From the NCBI GenBank assembly GCA_964387285.1, contig CAYLWO010000003.1, positions 100,759-164,758 on the forward strand: 64,000 nucleotides of DNA. The letters run 5' to 3'. A model generated the notes under the pieces. It saw only the letters and a program-made list of their open reading frames with translations, had not been told where the DNA came from and ran no database searches. How positions within the stretch are numbered: the stretch's first letter is position 1; each line of letters starts with the position of its first letter. This document shows, in pieces, positions 50,173 through 59,608 of the stretch. The translations under genes and the position numbers were made by a program. Origin of the DNA: an uncultured Cytophagia bacterium. Lineage in GTDB: Bacteria; Zhuqueibacterota; Zhuqueibacteria; Residuimicrobiales; Residuimicrobiaceae.

Positions 50173-50322
50173 TAGTCACGGCTTTAGCCGGAAATTTCTC
50201 CGCCTAAAGGCGGAACTACATGCTAATTAAAAATATTAGGTTATTTTTTGTTCCCCTATTAGTGTTCTTGCTGCTTATTTAATACTGTTAACAAATAGCG
50301 AACTTTTTAGACAACCGCAAGG
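50173..50322. repeat. Intergenic repeat family 2, copy 3 (composite). Fills the 196-nt gap between the two ABC ATPase genes.
   Basis: The core is 32/32 identical to 36594-36625. The modules ctaattaaaaatattaggtta and aactttttagacaaccgcaagg match 19116-19138 and 19156-19177. Confidence 0.5.
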
Positions 50323-50353
50323 TTCAAGGTGCTCGATTTAACCAAGAAAAAAT

Positions 50354-51103
50354 ATGGATAAAAACTATTCGGTCGAGGTAACAGACCTGACCAAACAATT
50401 CGGTCATTTTCTGGCTGTCGATCATATCAGCTTTCAGGTTCATGACGGCGAGATTTTCGGTTTTTTAGGCGCTAACGGCGCCGGCAAAACCACCACCATA
50501 AAAATGTTGTGCGGCTTGTTGTTGCCCACTTCCGGCCAGGGACAGGTTGAAGGACTGGACATCTATACACAGACCGAAGCCATTAAACAGATCATCGGCT
50601 ATATGTCGCAAAAATTTTCTCTTTATGATGATCTTACCGTTGCTGAAAATCTCCGGTTTTACGGTGGCATTTACGGCATGAAGGCCGGTCAATTGACGGT
50701 GGCATGCGAAAGTCTTTGCGATGAGATGGGCTTGCGACCGCATCTGAGCAAATTGACGCGCTCCATTCCCACCGGCTGGAAGCAACGGCTGGCGCTCAGC
50801 TGCGCTATTTTGCATCAACCGAAAATACTTTTTCTGGATGAACCCACCGGCGGCGTGGATCCGATTTCCAGACGCGAATTCTGGGACATTATCTATCGCC
50901 TGGCAGAGCAGGGTACGACGGTATTTGTCACCACCCATTATATGGATGAGGCCGAGTATTGCAACCGTTTGTCCATCATGCATGACGGACGCATCGTCGC
51001 CATGGGTTCTCCCGCGGAACTGAAACAGCGCTATCATAAAAATACGATTGAAGATGTCTTTATCGATCTGGTTAAACGCAGCCGGCCGACGGAGCCATTA
51101 TGA
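50354..51103 (+). CDS. ABC transporter ATP-binding protein (second nucleotide-binding domain).
   Basis: Walker A GANGAGKTTT, signature (Q-loop) context, Walker B LFLDEPTGGVD. Confidence 0.8.
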   Translation: MDKNYSVEVTDLTKQFGHFLAVDHISFQVHDGEIFGFLGANGAGKTTTIKMLCGLLLPTSGQGQVEGLDIYTQTEAIKQIIGYMSQKFSLYDDLTVAENLRFYGGIYGMKAGQLTVACESLCDEMGLRPHLSKLTRSIPTGWKQRLALSCAILHQPKILFLDEPTGGVDPISRREFWDIIYRLAEQGTTVFVTTHYMDEAEYCNRLSIMHDGRIVAMGSPAELKQRYHKNTIEDVFIDLVKRSRPTEPL

Positions 51104-52209
51104 AACCGAGAGTCTTTTGCATCATGCACAAAGAGTTCATTCATATTATGCGCGATCCGCGCAGTTTGGCCATCGTGTTTTTATTGCCGGTCATGATGAT
51201 TCTCCTATACGGCTATGCCATCACCTTTGACATTAAAAACATCACCCTGGCTATTCTGGATCAGGATCGCTCTGCCGCCTCGCGCCGTCTGGTGGAGCGA
51301 TTGACCAGTTCCGATTATTTTCGGGTTACGGCGCACTTGCAGGAGCGTCGTGAAATCGAGACCGGCTTCATGCAGCGACGCATGCGGGCGACTCTGGTCA
51401 TTCCTGTGGATTTCGAGAAAGGGTTGACGCAACGACCGGAAACGGCAATACAACTGGTGGTGGACGGCGCCAATGCCAATACCGCTACCATTGCCATTAA
51501 TTATCTAAAGAGCTTTTTGCTCAATTACTCCCTGGAATTGAATCAGGGCAGCCTGCAACCGCCGTTGCGCATAGAACCGCGCGTCTGGTACAATCCGGAC
51601 CTGAAAAGCGCTCACTTTATTGTTCCCGGACTGGTCGCCATTATTATGATGATGATCTGTGCTTTGTTGACCTCTATGACCATTGCCCGCGAGCGCGAAA
51701 CCGGAACCCTGGAGCAGATTTTTGTCTCACCCGTTCGACCGGCGGAAATCATTGTCGGCAAAACCGCGCCCTATATCGTGCTGGCGCTGCTGGATGCTCT
51801 GGTGATAATCGTTTTTGGCGGTCAGGTTTTCGGCGTACCGGTGGCAGGAAGTTTCATCTTGCTGATGGCCTTTGTGTTGATTTTCATTTTTGCGTCTTTG
51901 AGCATCGGCGTGTTCATTTCAACTCGGGCGCGTACCCAGCAGGTGGCCTTGCTCGCAGCCATGGCCGGCACGTTGCTGCCGTCCATCTTGTTGTCCGGTT
52001 TTGTTTTTCCCATTTTCGCCATGCCCCAGGTACTGCAATGGTTGACCTATATTGTGCCGGCCAAGTATTTTCTCATCCAGGCGCGCGGCGTCATGCTTAA
52101 AGGAGTCGGCTGGAATTATCTTTACGAACCGACCATATTTTTGCTGGCCGTCGGCATGCTGCTGTTGGCTGTGAGCGTCAAGCGGTTCAAGACGAATCTG
52201 GAAGGCTGA
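51100..52209 (+). CDS. ABC-2 type transporter permease.
   Basis: Six TM segments in the C-terminal half. N-terminus MHKEFIHIMRDPRSLAIVFLLPV is characteristic of the ABC-2 family. Confidence 0.75.
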   Translation: MKPRVFCIMHKEFIHIMRDPRSLAIVFLLPVMMILLYGYAITFDIKNITLAILDQDRSAASRRLVERLTSSDYFRVTAHLQERREIETGFMQRRMRATLVIPVDFEKGLTQRPETAIQLVVDGANANTATIAINYLKSFLLNYSLELNQGSLQPPLRIEPRVWYNPDLKSAHFIVPGLVAIIMMMICALLTSMTIARERETGTLEQIFVSPVRPAEIIVGKTAPYIVLALLDALVIIVFGGQVFGVPVAGSFILLMAFVLIFIFASLSIGVFISTRARTQQVALLAAMAGTLLPSILLSGFVFPIFAMPQVLQWLTYIVPAKYFLIQARGVMLKGVGWNYLYEPTIFLLAVGMLLLAVSVKRFKTNLEG

Positions 52210-52211
52210 AC

Positions 52212-53333
52212 GTGACAAAAATATTGCACATGATACGCAAAGAGTTCATCCAAATCAAACGCGATCGCGCCATGCGCGGCCTGATATTGCTCATGCCGAT
52301 ATTGCAATTGCTGCTCCTCGGTTATGTCATTTCCTCCGAGGTGCGCCATGTCAGCGTGGTCATCTGCGATTTGGATCAGACGGTAACCAGCAGACGGTTG
52401 ATTGACCGTCTGCGCAATACGGTTTATTTTGATGTGAAATATTTCGACAACGAGGAGGCCGGTTTATACAAATATCTGGATCGCGGTGATGTGGCCATGG
52501 CGCTGGTGCTGCCGGTGAATTTCGAGAGAAACCTGCAAAATTTGCAACCGAGCGCCGTTCAGGTTTTAATGGATGGCCAGGACGTCAACACCTCCGGCAT
52601 TGCCCTGGGCTATGCGGCCGGCATTCTGGAAAGTTTTGTTGCGGATCAGCTGACCGCACTGGCCGCCCATGCCGCGATGGACCATATTCACTTATTAACC
52701 CCGTCTTTGCAGGTGTGGTACAATCCCGATTTGAAACCCAGTGATTATATGATTCCCGGCATTGTTGTTTTTTTATTGACCATGATCACCGCGCTGATCA
52801 GTGCCATGGGTTTGGTGCGCGAACGTGAAATCGGCACACTGGATCAATTGCTGGTGGCGCCGATGAAAAAAACCGAGTTGCTAATCGGCAAGATCATTCC
52901 CTTCGCCATTTTGGGACTGGTCGAGTTGGCGCTCTCCATCGCTTTTGCCCGGTTATGGTATCATATCCCTGTTGCCGGCAATCTGCTGTTGTTTTTCCTT
53001 TTTGCGGTTATTTATCTGTTTACGACTCTGGGACTGGGATTGTTCGTTTCTGCTTCTTCCCGAACCCAACAGCAGGCCATGTTTCTGACCTGGTTTTTCA
53101 TGATGTTCATTCTACTGATGTCCGGATTTCTTTTTCCCATTGAAAACATGCCCAATTTTGCCCAATATCTGACGTGGTTGAATCCCATGCGCTATTTTAT
53201 GCTGGTCACGCGCGAACTGTTTATCAAAGGCGCGGGCTTGCATCAATTGTACGGACAGGGGATTGCGCTGTGTGTTTTTGGCGGTTTGATTTTTACCTTT
53301 GCCGCATTGCGCTTCCAGAAGAGGATGAGTTGA
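52212..53333 (+). CDS. ABC-2 type transporter permease (paralog).
   Basis: MIRKEFIQIKRDRAMRGLILLMPI and the same topology as the preceding gene. GTG start. Confidence 0.75.
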   Translation: MTKILHMIRKEFIQIKRDRAMRGLILLMPILQLLLLGYVISSEVRHVSVVICDLDQTVTSRRLIDRLRNTVYFDVKYFDNEEAGLYKYLDRGDVAMALVLPVNFERNLQNLQPSAVQVLMDGQDVNTSGIALGYAAGILESFVADQLTALAAHAAMDHIHLLTPSLQVWYNPDLKPSDYMIPGIVVFLLTMITALISAMGLVREREIGTLDQLLVAPMKKTELLIGKIIPFAILGLVELALSIAFARLWYHIPVAGNLLLFFLFAVIYLFTTLGLGLFVSASSRTQQQAMFLTWFFMMFILLMSGFLFPIENMPNFAQYLTWLNPMRYFMLVTRELFIKGAGLHQLYGQGIALCVFGGLIFTFAALRFQKRMS

Positions 53334-53334
53334 G

Positions 53335-54156
53335 ATGCCGGAATTGCCCGAAGTGGAAACCATACGCCGCTGCCTGAACCCCTTGACAGTTGGACGAAAA
53401 ATCACGGCTGTTCGCGTCTATGATAAACGGTTGCGGTGGCCGGTGCAGCCGGCCAGATTGAAAAAATGGCTGATTGGCAGCCGTTTCCTCGGTCTGGAGC
53501 GCAGAGGAAAATATTTGCTCTGGCGTTTAAGCAATGATGCCCGACTCTTGGTTCATCTCGGCATGAGCGGTCGGTTATGTTGTACGCCGGTAAAGGCGGA
53601 TCGAGAACCGCACACACACGTGGTGGTAACCCTTGATAACGGCCATGAGCTGCGTTATCGTGATCCGCGCAGGTTCGGTTGCATTCTGCTTCGGCGGCCT
53701 GGTGATATAGAGTTCGCGATGCTGAATCGTCTCGGCGTCGAACCGCTGTCTGGGGATTTCACTGCCGATTATTTGCGTTCTCATGCCGGTAATTCCATAC
53801 GGTCGATTAAAGCAGTGTTGCTGGATGGCCGTGTGACGGTCGGCATTGGCAACATTTATGCCAGCGAGACGCTTTTTCACGCCGGCATTGCACCAACCAG
53901 ATCCGCCGCAAGTTTATCCATGGACGAATGGCGGGCGATGCGTGACGCCGCTGTGCAGGTGCTGCAGCAGGCCATAGACAAGGGTGGCACGACGTTGCAG
54001 GATTATCGCAATGGTCTGGGTGAACCGGGCTTTTTTCAAATAGAGCTGGCAGTTTACGGCCGGGAAAATGAGCCGTGTACGCGTTGCGGTCAGGCCATCT
54101 GTCGTGTTGTACAGCAGGGGAGGAGTACATTTTACTGCGCATTTTGTCAGAGATGA
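53335..54156 (+). CDS. mutM: Formamidopyrimidine-DNA glycosylase.
   Basis: N-terminal MPELPEVE catalytic Pro/Glu, H2TH region, and C-terminal zinc finger CTRCGQ...CAFCQ. Confidence 0.85.
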   Translation: MPELPEVETIRRCLNPLTVGRKITAVRVYDKRLRWPVQPARLKKWLIGSRFLGLERRGKYLLWRLSNDARLLVHLGMSGRLCCTPVKADREPHTHVVVTLDNGHELRYRDPRRFGCILLRRPGDIEFAMLNRLGVEPLSGDFTADYLRSHAGNSIRSIKAVLLDGRVTVGIGNIYASETLFHAGIAPTRSAASLSMDEWRAMRDAAVQVLQQAIDKGGTTLQDYRNGLGEPGFFQIELAVYGRENEPCTRCGQAICRVVQQGRSTFYCAFCQR

Positions 54157-54232
54157 ATCAGTAAAAAAAGTGTTTTATTTATTCGGAAAATACAGCTATA
54201 TTACCGATTGGAAAAATTGGAATTGGTTTTAG

Positions 54233-55018
54233 ATGAGAAAACGCAATAGATTTTTTACCAAAATTGGCGAACACGCCATTGTTTTTTTTACCAATGTATT
54301 TGAAATCTGGCGTCTGGCCCTGCAGACATTCAAGATGACGCCGCATTTGTGGTTTTATCGACGCCAATTGATCGAACAGATTTATATCTTCTCCGTCAAG
54401 ACCCTGCCCATTGCGGCGATTATTGCGGTTTTTATCGGTCTGGGCGCCACGGTTCAGGGAACCTATCAATCCTCGGCGCTGGTGCCGCGCTATATGGTAG
54501 TCAATGTGATCTTTAAAAGCACCATTCTCGAACTTTGTCCTATTGTTTTGTCTCTGGTCTTGGCCGGCAAGTTGGGCGCCTCGCTGGCGGCCGAGATCGG
54601 CAGCATGAAAATCTCCGAACAGATTGAAGCCCTGGAAACCCTGTCGCTGGATCCGATCGGATTTCTGGTGATGCCGCGGGTTATTGCCGGAGTGCTCATG
54701 TTGCCGGTGATCACCATCTTTGCCAATTTCCTGGCTATTTTCAGCGGTTTTTTTGTTTCAGCGGTCACCTCGGAATGGATCTCTCCGCAGGAATATTACA
54801 GCGGTCTGGAAATGGATTTCCGGCTTTTTGAAATTTACTTCGGCAGCCTGATCAAACCGGCTGTCTATGGATTCATGATCGCCCTGATCGGCAGCTATTT
54901 CGGACTGCGCACCAGCGGCGGCGCCCGCGGCGTGGGCGAGTCTTCCACCAATGCCGTGGTGGTTTCGGCCGTGTTGATCGTTATAATGGATTATTATCTT
55001 GGCCGGCTTTTCCTCTAG
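54233..55018 (+). CDS. mlaE: MlaE-type ABC permease (phospholipid transport system).
   Basis: YrbE/MlaE family topology and conserved ...LPIAAIIAVFIGLGATVQG... Followed by an ATPase and an MCE protein. Confidence 0.75.
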   Translation: MRKRNRFFTKIGEHAIVFFTNVFEIWRLALQTFKMTPHLWFYRRQLIEQIYIFSVKTLPIAAIIAVFIGLGATVQGTYQSSALVPRYMVVNVIFKSTILELCPIVLSLVLAGKLGASLAAEIGSMKISEQIEALETLSLDPIGFLVMPRVIAGVLMLPVITIFANFLAIFSGFFVSAVTSEWISPQEYYSGLEMDFRLFEIYFGSLIKPAVYGFMIALIGSYFGLRTSGGARGVGESSTNAVVVSAVLIVIMDYYLGRLFL

Positions 55019-55036
55019 TCATTATGAGATGGATGA

Positions 55037-55747
55037 ATGATTTACGTAAATGGTTTGAAAAAAAGTTTTGACGGCGTGCCGGTGCTCAAAGGCATCAATT
55101 TGGAAATACGCGATAATGAAACGCTGGTCATTCTCGGCCCCAGTGGACAGGGCAAGACGGTGTTCATTAAAACCCTGGTGCGATTAATTCAACCGGATGG
55201 CGGCGCCATAGAATATGATCAGGACGACATTCTGCAGTTTTCCCGCAAGCAGTTGTTCGAATTTCAGAATCGCATTGCCTTTGTATTTCAAAACGGCGCA
55301 TTGCTGGATTTTCTCAGCGTCGAAGATAATCTGAAACTGTTTCTGGTGATGCATAAAACGCTGCCGCATGCGGAAATTCATAAAAGAGCGATGGACGCCT
55401 TGCATTTCGTCGGATTGGACGACGATGTGTTGGATAAATACCCTGAAGAATTAAGCGGCGGTATGCGAAAACGCGTCGCCATCGCCCGCGCCATGATCAA
55501 ACGGCCCAATTATATTTTTTACGACGAACCCACCACCGGCCTCGATCAAACCAACGCCGAAAAGGTCAGTGAGTTGATAAAAATGCTGAAAAAAGAGATT
55601 TCGGCCACATCCATCATCGTCACGCATGACATCAAGTTGATGCGCGACGTGGCGGATCGCGTCGCCCTGCTCAAAGAAGGCCAGGTCAGTTTTGTCGGCC
55701 GGCGCGACGAGGTGTCTGAACAAATGTTGGACTTTTTATACGAGTAA
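55037..55747 (+). CDS. mlaF: MlaF-type ABC ATPase.
   Basis: Walker A GPSGQGKT, signature LSGGMRKR, Walker B IFYDEPTTGLD. Confidence 0.8.
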   Translation: MIYVNGLKKSFDGVPVLKGINLEIRDNETLVILGPSGQGKTVFIKTLVRLIQPDGGAIEYDQDDILQFSRKQLFEFQNRIAFVFQNGALLDFLSVEDNLKLFLVMHKTLPHAEIHKRAMDALHFVGLDDDVLDKYPEELSGGMRKRVAIARAMIKRPNYIFYDEPTTGLDQTNAEKVSELIKMLKKEISATSIIVTHDIKLMRDVADRVALLKEGQVSFVGRRDEVSEQMLDFLYE

Positions 55748-55756
55748 GAGGAAATC

Positions 55757-56635
55757 ATGACCTATAATAAAATGAGCTATATATCCGGCATCATCATTTT
55801 TTTCGCCGCCATTATTCTGCTCACCAGCATCCTGTGGCTGTCCGGATCGCGCATCATTTCCACCAAGGAGTACAAGATCTATTTCCGCTTCAAGGACATT
55901 GTCGGCCTGCGCGATAGAGCCCAGGTTTACATGCGCGGTTATCGTGTGGGTTGGTCCAAAGACGTCACTTTTGAAAAAGAGGACGTGCTGGTTCGCGTGG
56001 ATATAAAAAAACGCTTCCGCATTCCCAAGGATTCCAAGATCGAGATCAACACGCTTAACTTTATCGGAGAAAAAGCCATTACCATCACGCCGGGCGTGTC
56101 TGAAGATTATATGAAACCGGGCGACATTCTGCAGGGCGAGAACAAAGACCTGATGATTGTCGCCAGCAGCATACTCAACACGCTCAAAACAAAATTGACG
56201 ACCGGCGACCTCGACAAGAAAGCGCTGGAGCTGGCGCAAACCCTGTCAACCATTAAAGATTTGGTGTTCAAAATGGACCGGCAGGTTGATAAAGTGGACA
56301 TGGCGATGGTCAACCAACAAATCGTCGAGATCGGCCATGCGGCTAAAAGCATGCGCGATCTGGCGCTAACCGCTAAAGAGGATGTGCATAAAGTTAGCGT
56401 GGAGAGCAGCGCCGGTCTGACCAAAGTGAGCGATGCGGCAAAAAATCTCAGTGAACTTTCCGTTCAATTGACGCAGTTGACCAGCAACCTGAACAAAGGC
56501 GAGGGCACGGTCGGCGAGCTGATGAAAAACAAGGAATATATTCAGAATTTAAACACCACCGTCACCGAATTGAATCTGCTGATCAAAGACCTGCAAAAGA
56601 ATCCCGGCAAGTATATGAGTTTTTCGGTGTTTTAA
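55757..56635 (+). CDS. mlaD: MCE-family substrate-binding protein (MlaD-like).
   Basis: N-terminal TM anchor plus MCE domain (...YKIYFRFKDIVGLRDRAQVYMRGYRVG...). Long C-terminal coiled coil. Confidence 0.7.
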   Translation: MTYNKMSYISGIIIFFAAIILLTSILWLSGSRIISTKEYKIYFRFKDIVGLRDRAQVYMRGYRVGWSKDVTFEKEDVLVRVDIKKRFRIPKDSKIEINTLNFIGEKAITITPGVSEDYMKPGDILQGENKDLMIVASSILNTLKTKLTTGDLDKKALELAQTLSTIKDLVFKMDRQVDKVDMAMVNQQIVEIGHAAKSMRDLALTAKEDVHKVSVESSAGLTKVSDAAKNLSELSVQLTQLTSNLNKGEGTVGELMKNKEYIQNLNTTVTELNLLIKDLQKNPGKYMSFSVF

Positions 56636-56665
56636 CGTAATAAATAACTTGTAATACAATGTTGC

Positions 56666-57043
56666 TTAATGGATCTGGTTCCGCCAGCTTGCCACCGTCA
56701 GTGCGGACAGGGCGTTGTCATAATCAATGGCCGCATCAGGCTTGATGTCATGACGGCCCATCGTGCGGTAAATCAGCTCCATGACGACCGAACCGATGGC
56801 GTGTATCGCTTCATGCCGGTCCAAACCGCCTGCCATCAATTCGTCCAGTTTCGCTGCTACAGCCGCAACCTCCTCGGCCAACTGGTTTTCCACCACAACA
56901 TGAATAAGGGAGTGTCGGCGCACCTCCATATCCGACAGACCGAGCCGCTGGTGATAGGCGATCACAGAATCGAGCCGGTCCTGCTCCGGGCAGGCCAGCC
57001 AGACGCGATAGTCCGGTTCATGAACAGGAGAGTAAAGAAACAT
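56666..57043 (-). CDS. Hypothetical protein (125 aa).
   Basis: ORF with reasonable codon usage between convergent/divergent genes. No family recognised. Confidence 0.3.
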   Translation of the reverse strand: MFLYSPVHEPDYRVWLACPEQDRLDSVIAYHQRLGLSDMEVRRHSLIHVVVENQLAEEVAAVAAKLDELMAGGLDRHEAIHAIGSVVMELIYRTMGRHDIKPDAAIDYDNALSALTVASWRNQIH

Positions 57044-57289
57044 ATTTTCTCCTTCTGTAAAAAATTTGGCTTGTTTAGGTAAAATTTCGATCCCAGATCA
57101 TTCTGCCCGGTTCAACCGTCAAATTCCTGCGGGTATGTTAGTAATTTAAAGTTTGACCTGCAAGTAAAATTACTAAATTCTGTAAATTCATTTGGGAAAT
57201 GAAATATTTTTTGTATCTTGTACGATTGATGCTGTTTTTCGCGTCGGCAATCGTCTTGCCGGCCAACGTTTGCAAATGAGGAGCGGGAA

Positions 57290-59242
57290 ATGGACTTGCT
57301 GCGTACATGGGACTATGTGATTTTCGTGTTGTATTTTGCCATACTCATCGGTATCGGCAGTTATTTTCGCAAAAAAGCGGCGACTAATTTAGAGCACTAT
57401 TTGCTTGCCGGTCGCAGCATGCCGTGGTGGATTTTGGGTCTGTCGCAGATGTCTTTCTGGTTCGACATGACCGGCACCATGATCATCACCTCCTTTCTCT
57501 ACCTGCTGGGTCCACGCGGCATCTATATCGAGTTTCGCGGCGGCGCCGGCCTGATGCTGGTGTTTTTCATGTTGTGGGCCGGCAAATGGCACCGCCGCTC
57601 CGGCGTTATGACTGCGGCTGAATGGATGATCTATCGTTTCGGCAAGGATTTCTGGTCCCATTTTGCCAGACTGACAGCGGTGGTAGCCAATGTGGTGCTG
57701 AATATCGGCATGTTGGCCTATTCCTTCAAGGGCGCCGGTTTGTTTTTATCCATGTTCTTGCCCTTTTCGCCGTGGGTGTGTACGTTGATCATGATGGTGA
57801 TCACCGCCATCTATACCATCGAGGCCGGATTTTACGGCGTGGTGTTCACGGATGTCTTTCAATCGCTGTGTATTTGGTTGGGCGTCGGATTTGTCGTCTA
57901 TGTGGCGGTGAGCAAACTAGCCGGAATCGGTGATCTCAGTGTACTGGCCACCTCGGTTACCGGTAATCCCGACTGGACGAGTTCTCTGCCGAGCTTTCAA
58001 ACCTTTATGCCGGCCGGCTATGAACAGTACAGTTGGGTTTTCATGCTCATGTTGTTCTATTTCGGCAAGACCATGTTGCAGGGACTCGGCTCCGGCGCTG
58101 ATCCCCGCTTTTTCGGCGCGCGCAGTGATCGCGATTGCGGTCTGTTGAGCTTTACCGCCGGCTGGACCATGATGCTGCGCTGGCCGCTCATGATCAGCTT
58201 TGCCGTGCTCGGACTTTTTCTGGTCAAGGATTTTTTTCCGGACCAGGCTGTGTTGTTGCAGGCTGCCAATCTGATTAAATCGCACGTCGGCGCCGTGGCC
58301 ATAAACGAATGGCCTGAACTGATCGCCAATATTATGAATCATCCGGAAACTTTTCCTGCAGCACTCACCTCCGGACTCGCGCAACTTTTAGGACCCGATT
58401 GGAGTTCCAAACTTAATTTGCTCAGCTATCATGGCACCATCGATCCGGAACGGATTCTCCCCGGCGTGTTGTTGCACAGCATCCCGTCCGGCATCCGCGC
58501 TCTGATTATGGTGGCCTTGATGGCTGCTGCCATGTCCACTTTTAACGCCATCACCAATGCCACTACCGGATTTCTCACCCGTGATTTGTATCAGGGCTAT
58601 ATCCGTCCGCAAGCCGGCAATAAAGAATTGATTTACTCGACCTACCTCTTTGGCGCTCTGGTCAACGTCATCGGTTTCCTCATGGCCTATTCCACGGACA
58701 GCATCAACGACATCTGGGGCTGGATCACCATGGGACTGGTGGGCGGCATTACCGTGCCCATTGTGCTGCGCTTGTATTGGTGGCGATTCAACGCCGGCGG
58801 CTTTGCCATCGGTACGCTCATCGGACTGGTGGCTGCACTGCTGCAACGCTATTTTTTCCCCGCCATGCCCGAATGGCAGCAACTGGTTTGGACCATTGTT
58901 TTCGGCACTTCCGGCAGCATCCTCGGCACCTATCTCACCCCTGCCACCGACCGTCAGGTGCTGGAGCATTTTTATCGTACCACGAAACCATTTGGATTAT
59001 GGAAACCGCTTGCTGGAGTTCTGTCTTTGGACGAGACCGTGGTCATGAAAAACGAGCACCGTTACGATTTAATTTCTTTGCCCATTGCATTGGTGTGGCA
59101 GTTCACCTTGCTCATGTTGCCCATGCAACTGGTCATCAAAGAATATCGCAGCGCAGTTTGGACCGCTGCGGCGCTGGCGCTGTCGTTGGTGGGATTATAT
59201 TTCTTCTGGTACAAAAAATTGCCGCCGGCCGATAGCAAATAA
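57290..59242 (+). CDS. Sodium:solute symporter (SSS) family transporter.
   Basis: N-terminal ...DYVIFVLYFAILIGIGSYFRKKAATNLEHYLLAGRSMPWW is the SSS family signature. 13-14 TM helices. Confidence 0.75.
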   Translation: MDLLRTWDYVIFVLYFAILIGIGSYFRKKAATNLEHYLLAGRSMPWWILGLSQMSFWFDMTGTMIITSFLYLLGPRGIYIEFRGGAGLMLVFFMLWAGKWHRRSGVMTAAEWMIYRFGKDFWSHFARLTAVVANVVLNIGMLAYSFKGAGLFLSMFLPFSPWVCTLIMMVITAIYTIEAGFYGVVFTDVFQSLCIWLGVGFVVYVAVSKLAGIGDLSVLATSVTGNPDWTSSLPSFQTFMPAGYEQYSWVFMLMLFYFGKTMLQGLGSGADPRFFGARSDRDCGLLSFTAGWTMMLRWPLMISFAVLGLFLVKDFFPDQAVLLQAANLIKSHVGAVAINEWPELIANIMNHPETFPAALTSGLAQLLGPDWSSKLNLLSYHGTIDPERILPGVLLHSIPSGIRALIMVALMAAAMSTFNAITNATTGFLTRDLYQGYIRPQAGNKELIYSTYLFGALVNVIGFLMAYSTDSINDIWGWITMGLVGGITVPIVLRLYWWRFNAGGFAIGTLIGLVAALLQRYFFPAMPEWQQLVWTIVFGTSGSILGTYLTPATDRQVLEHFYRTTKPFGLWKPLAGVLSLDETVVMKNEHRYDLISLPIALVWQFTLLMLPMQLVIKEYRSAVWTAAALALSLVGLYFFWYKKLPPADSK

Positions 59243-59608
59243 CGCCCGGGAACGCGGACGTCTCGTCCGCGGCTCGTTGATGCCAGTCATCCGTCATGAA
59301 GGTCTTCTGATTTGTTTTTCAGAAAGACCCTTAGTGGCACAAGCCTCCGGCTTGTATACCGGTTCTTTGCCGGTATGGTCCTTTCCGCCGGGCAGAGCTG
59401 AATGATTTGCTGTAAAGAGCATTCGTGGCACATGCCTCTGGCTTGTGTCGCAAGCTTTAAAATGATTTAGGAGGGGGAAGTCTCCCCCTCGCTGCGGCCT
59501 CCTCGGGCCGGCTCGCACCAGTTGCCAATTTCTTGTCGCTTTAGTGCCGGACGCCGGCCCTGCGGGGTCCTCCGCTACCCCCTCTATGGAAAAAAAAGAA
59601 AGTGATTT

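Noticed and set aside
59334-59451. Possible cobalamin riboswitch (a GCCACT-like sequence on the minus strand).
   Set aside because: Only a partial B12-box-like hexamer on the wrong strand relative to any downstream gene. None of the other conserved cobalamin-riboswitch elements are recognisable.
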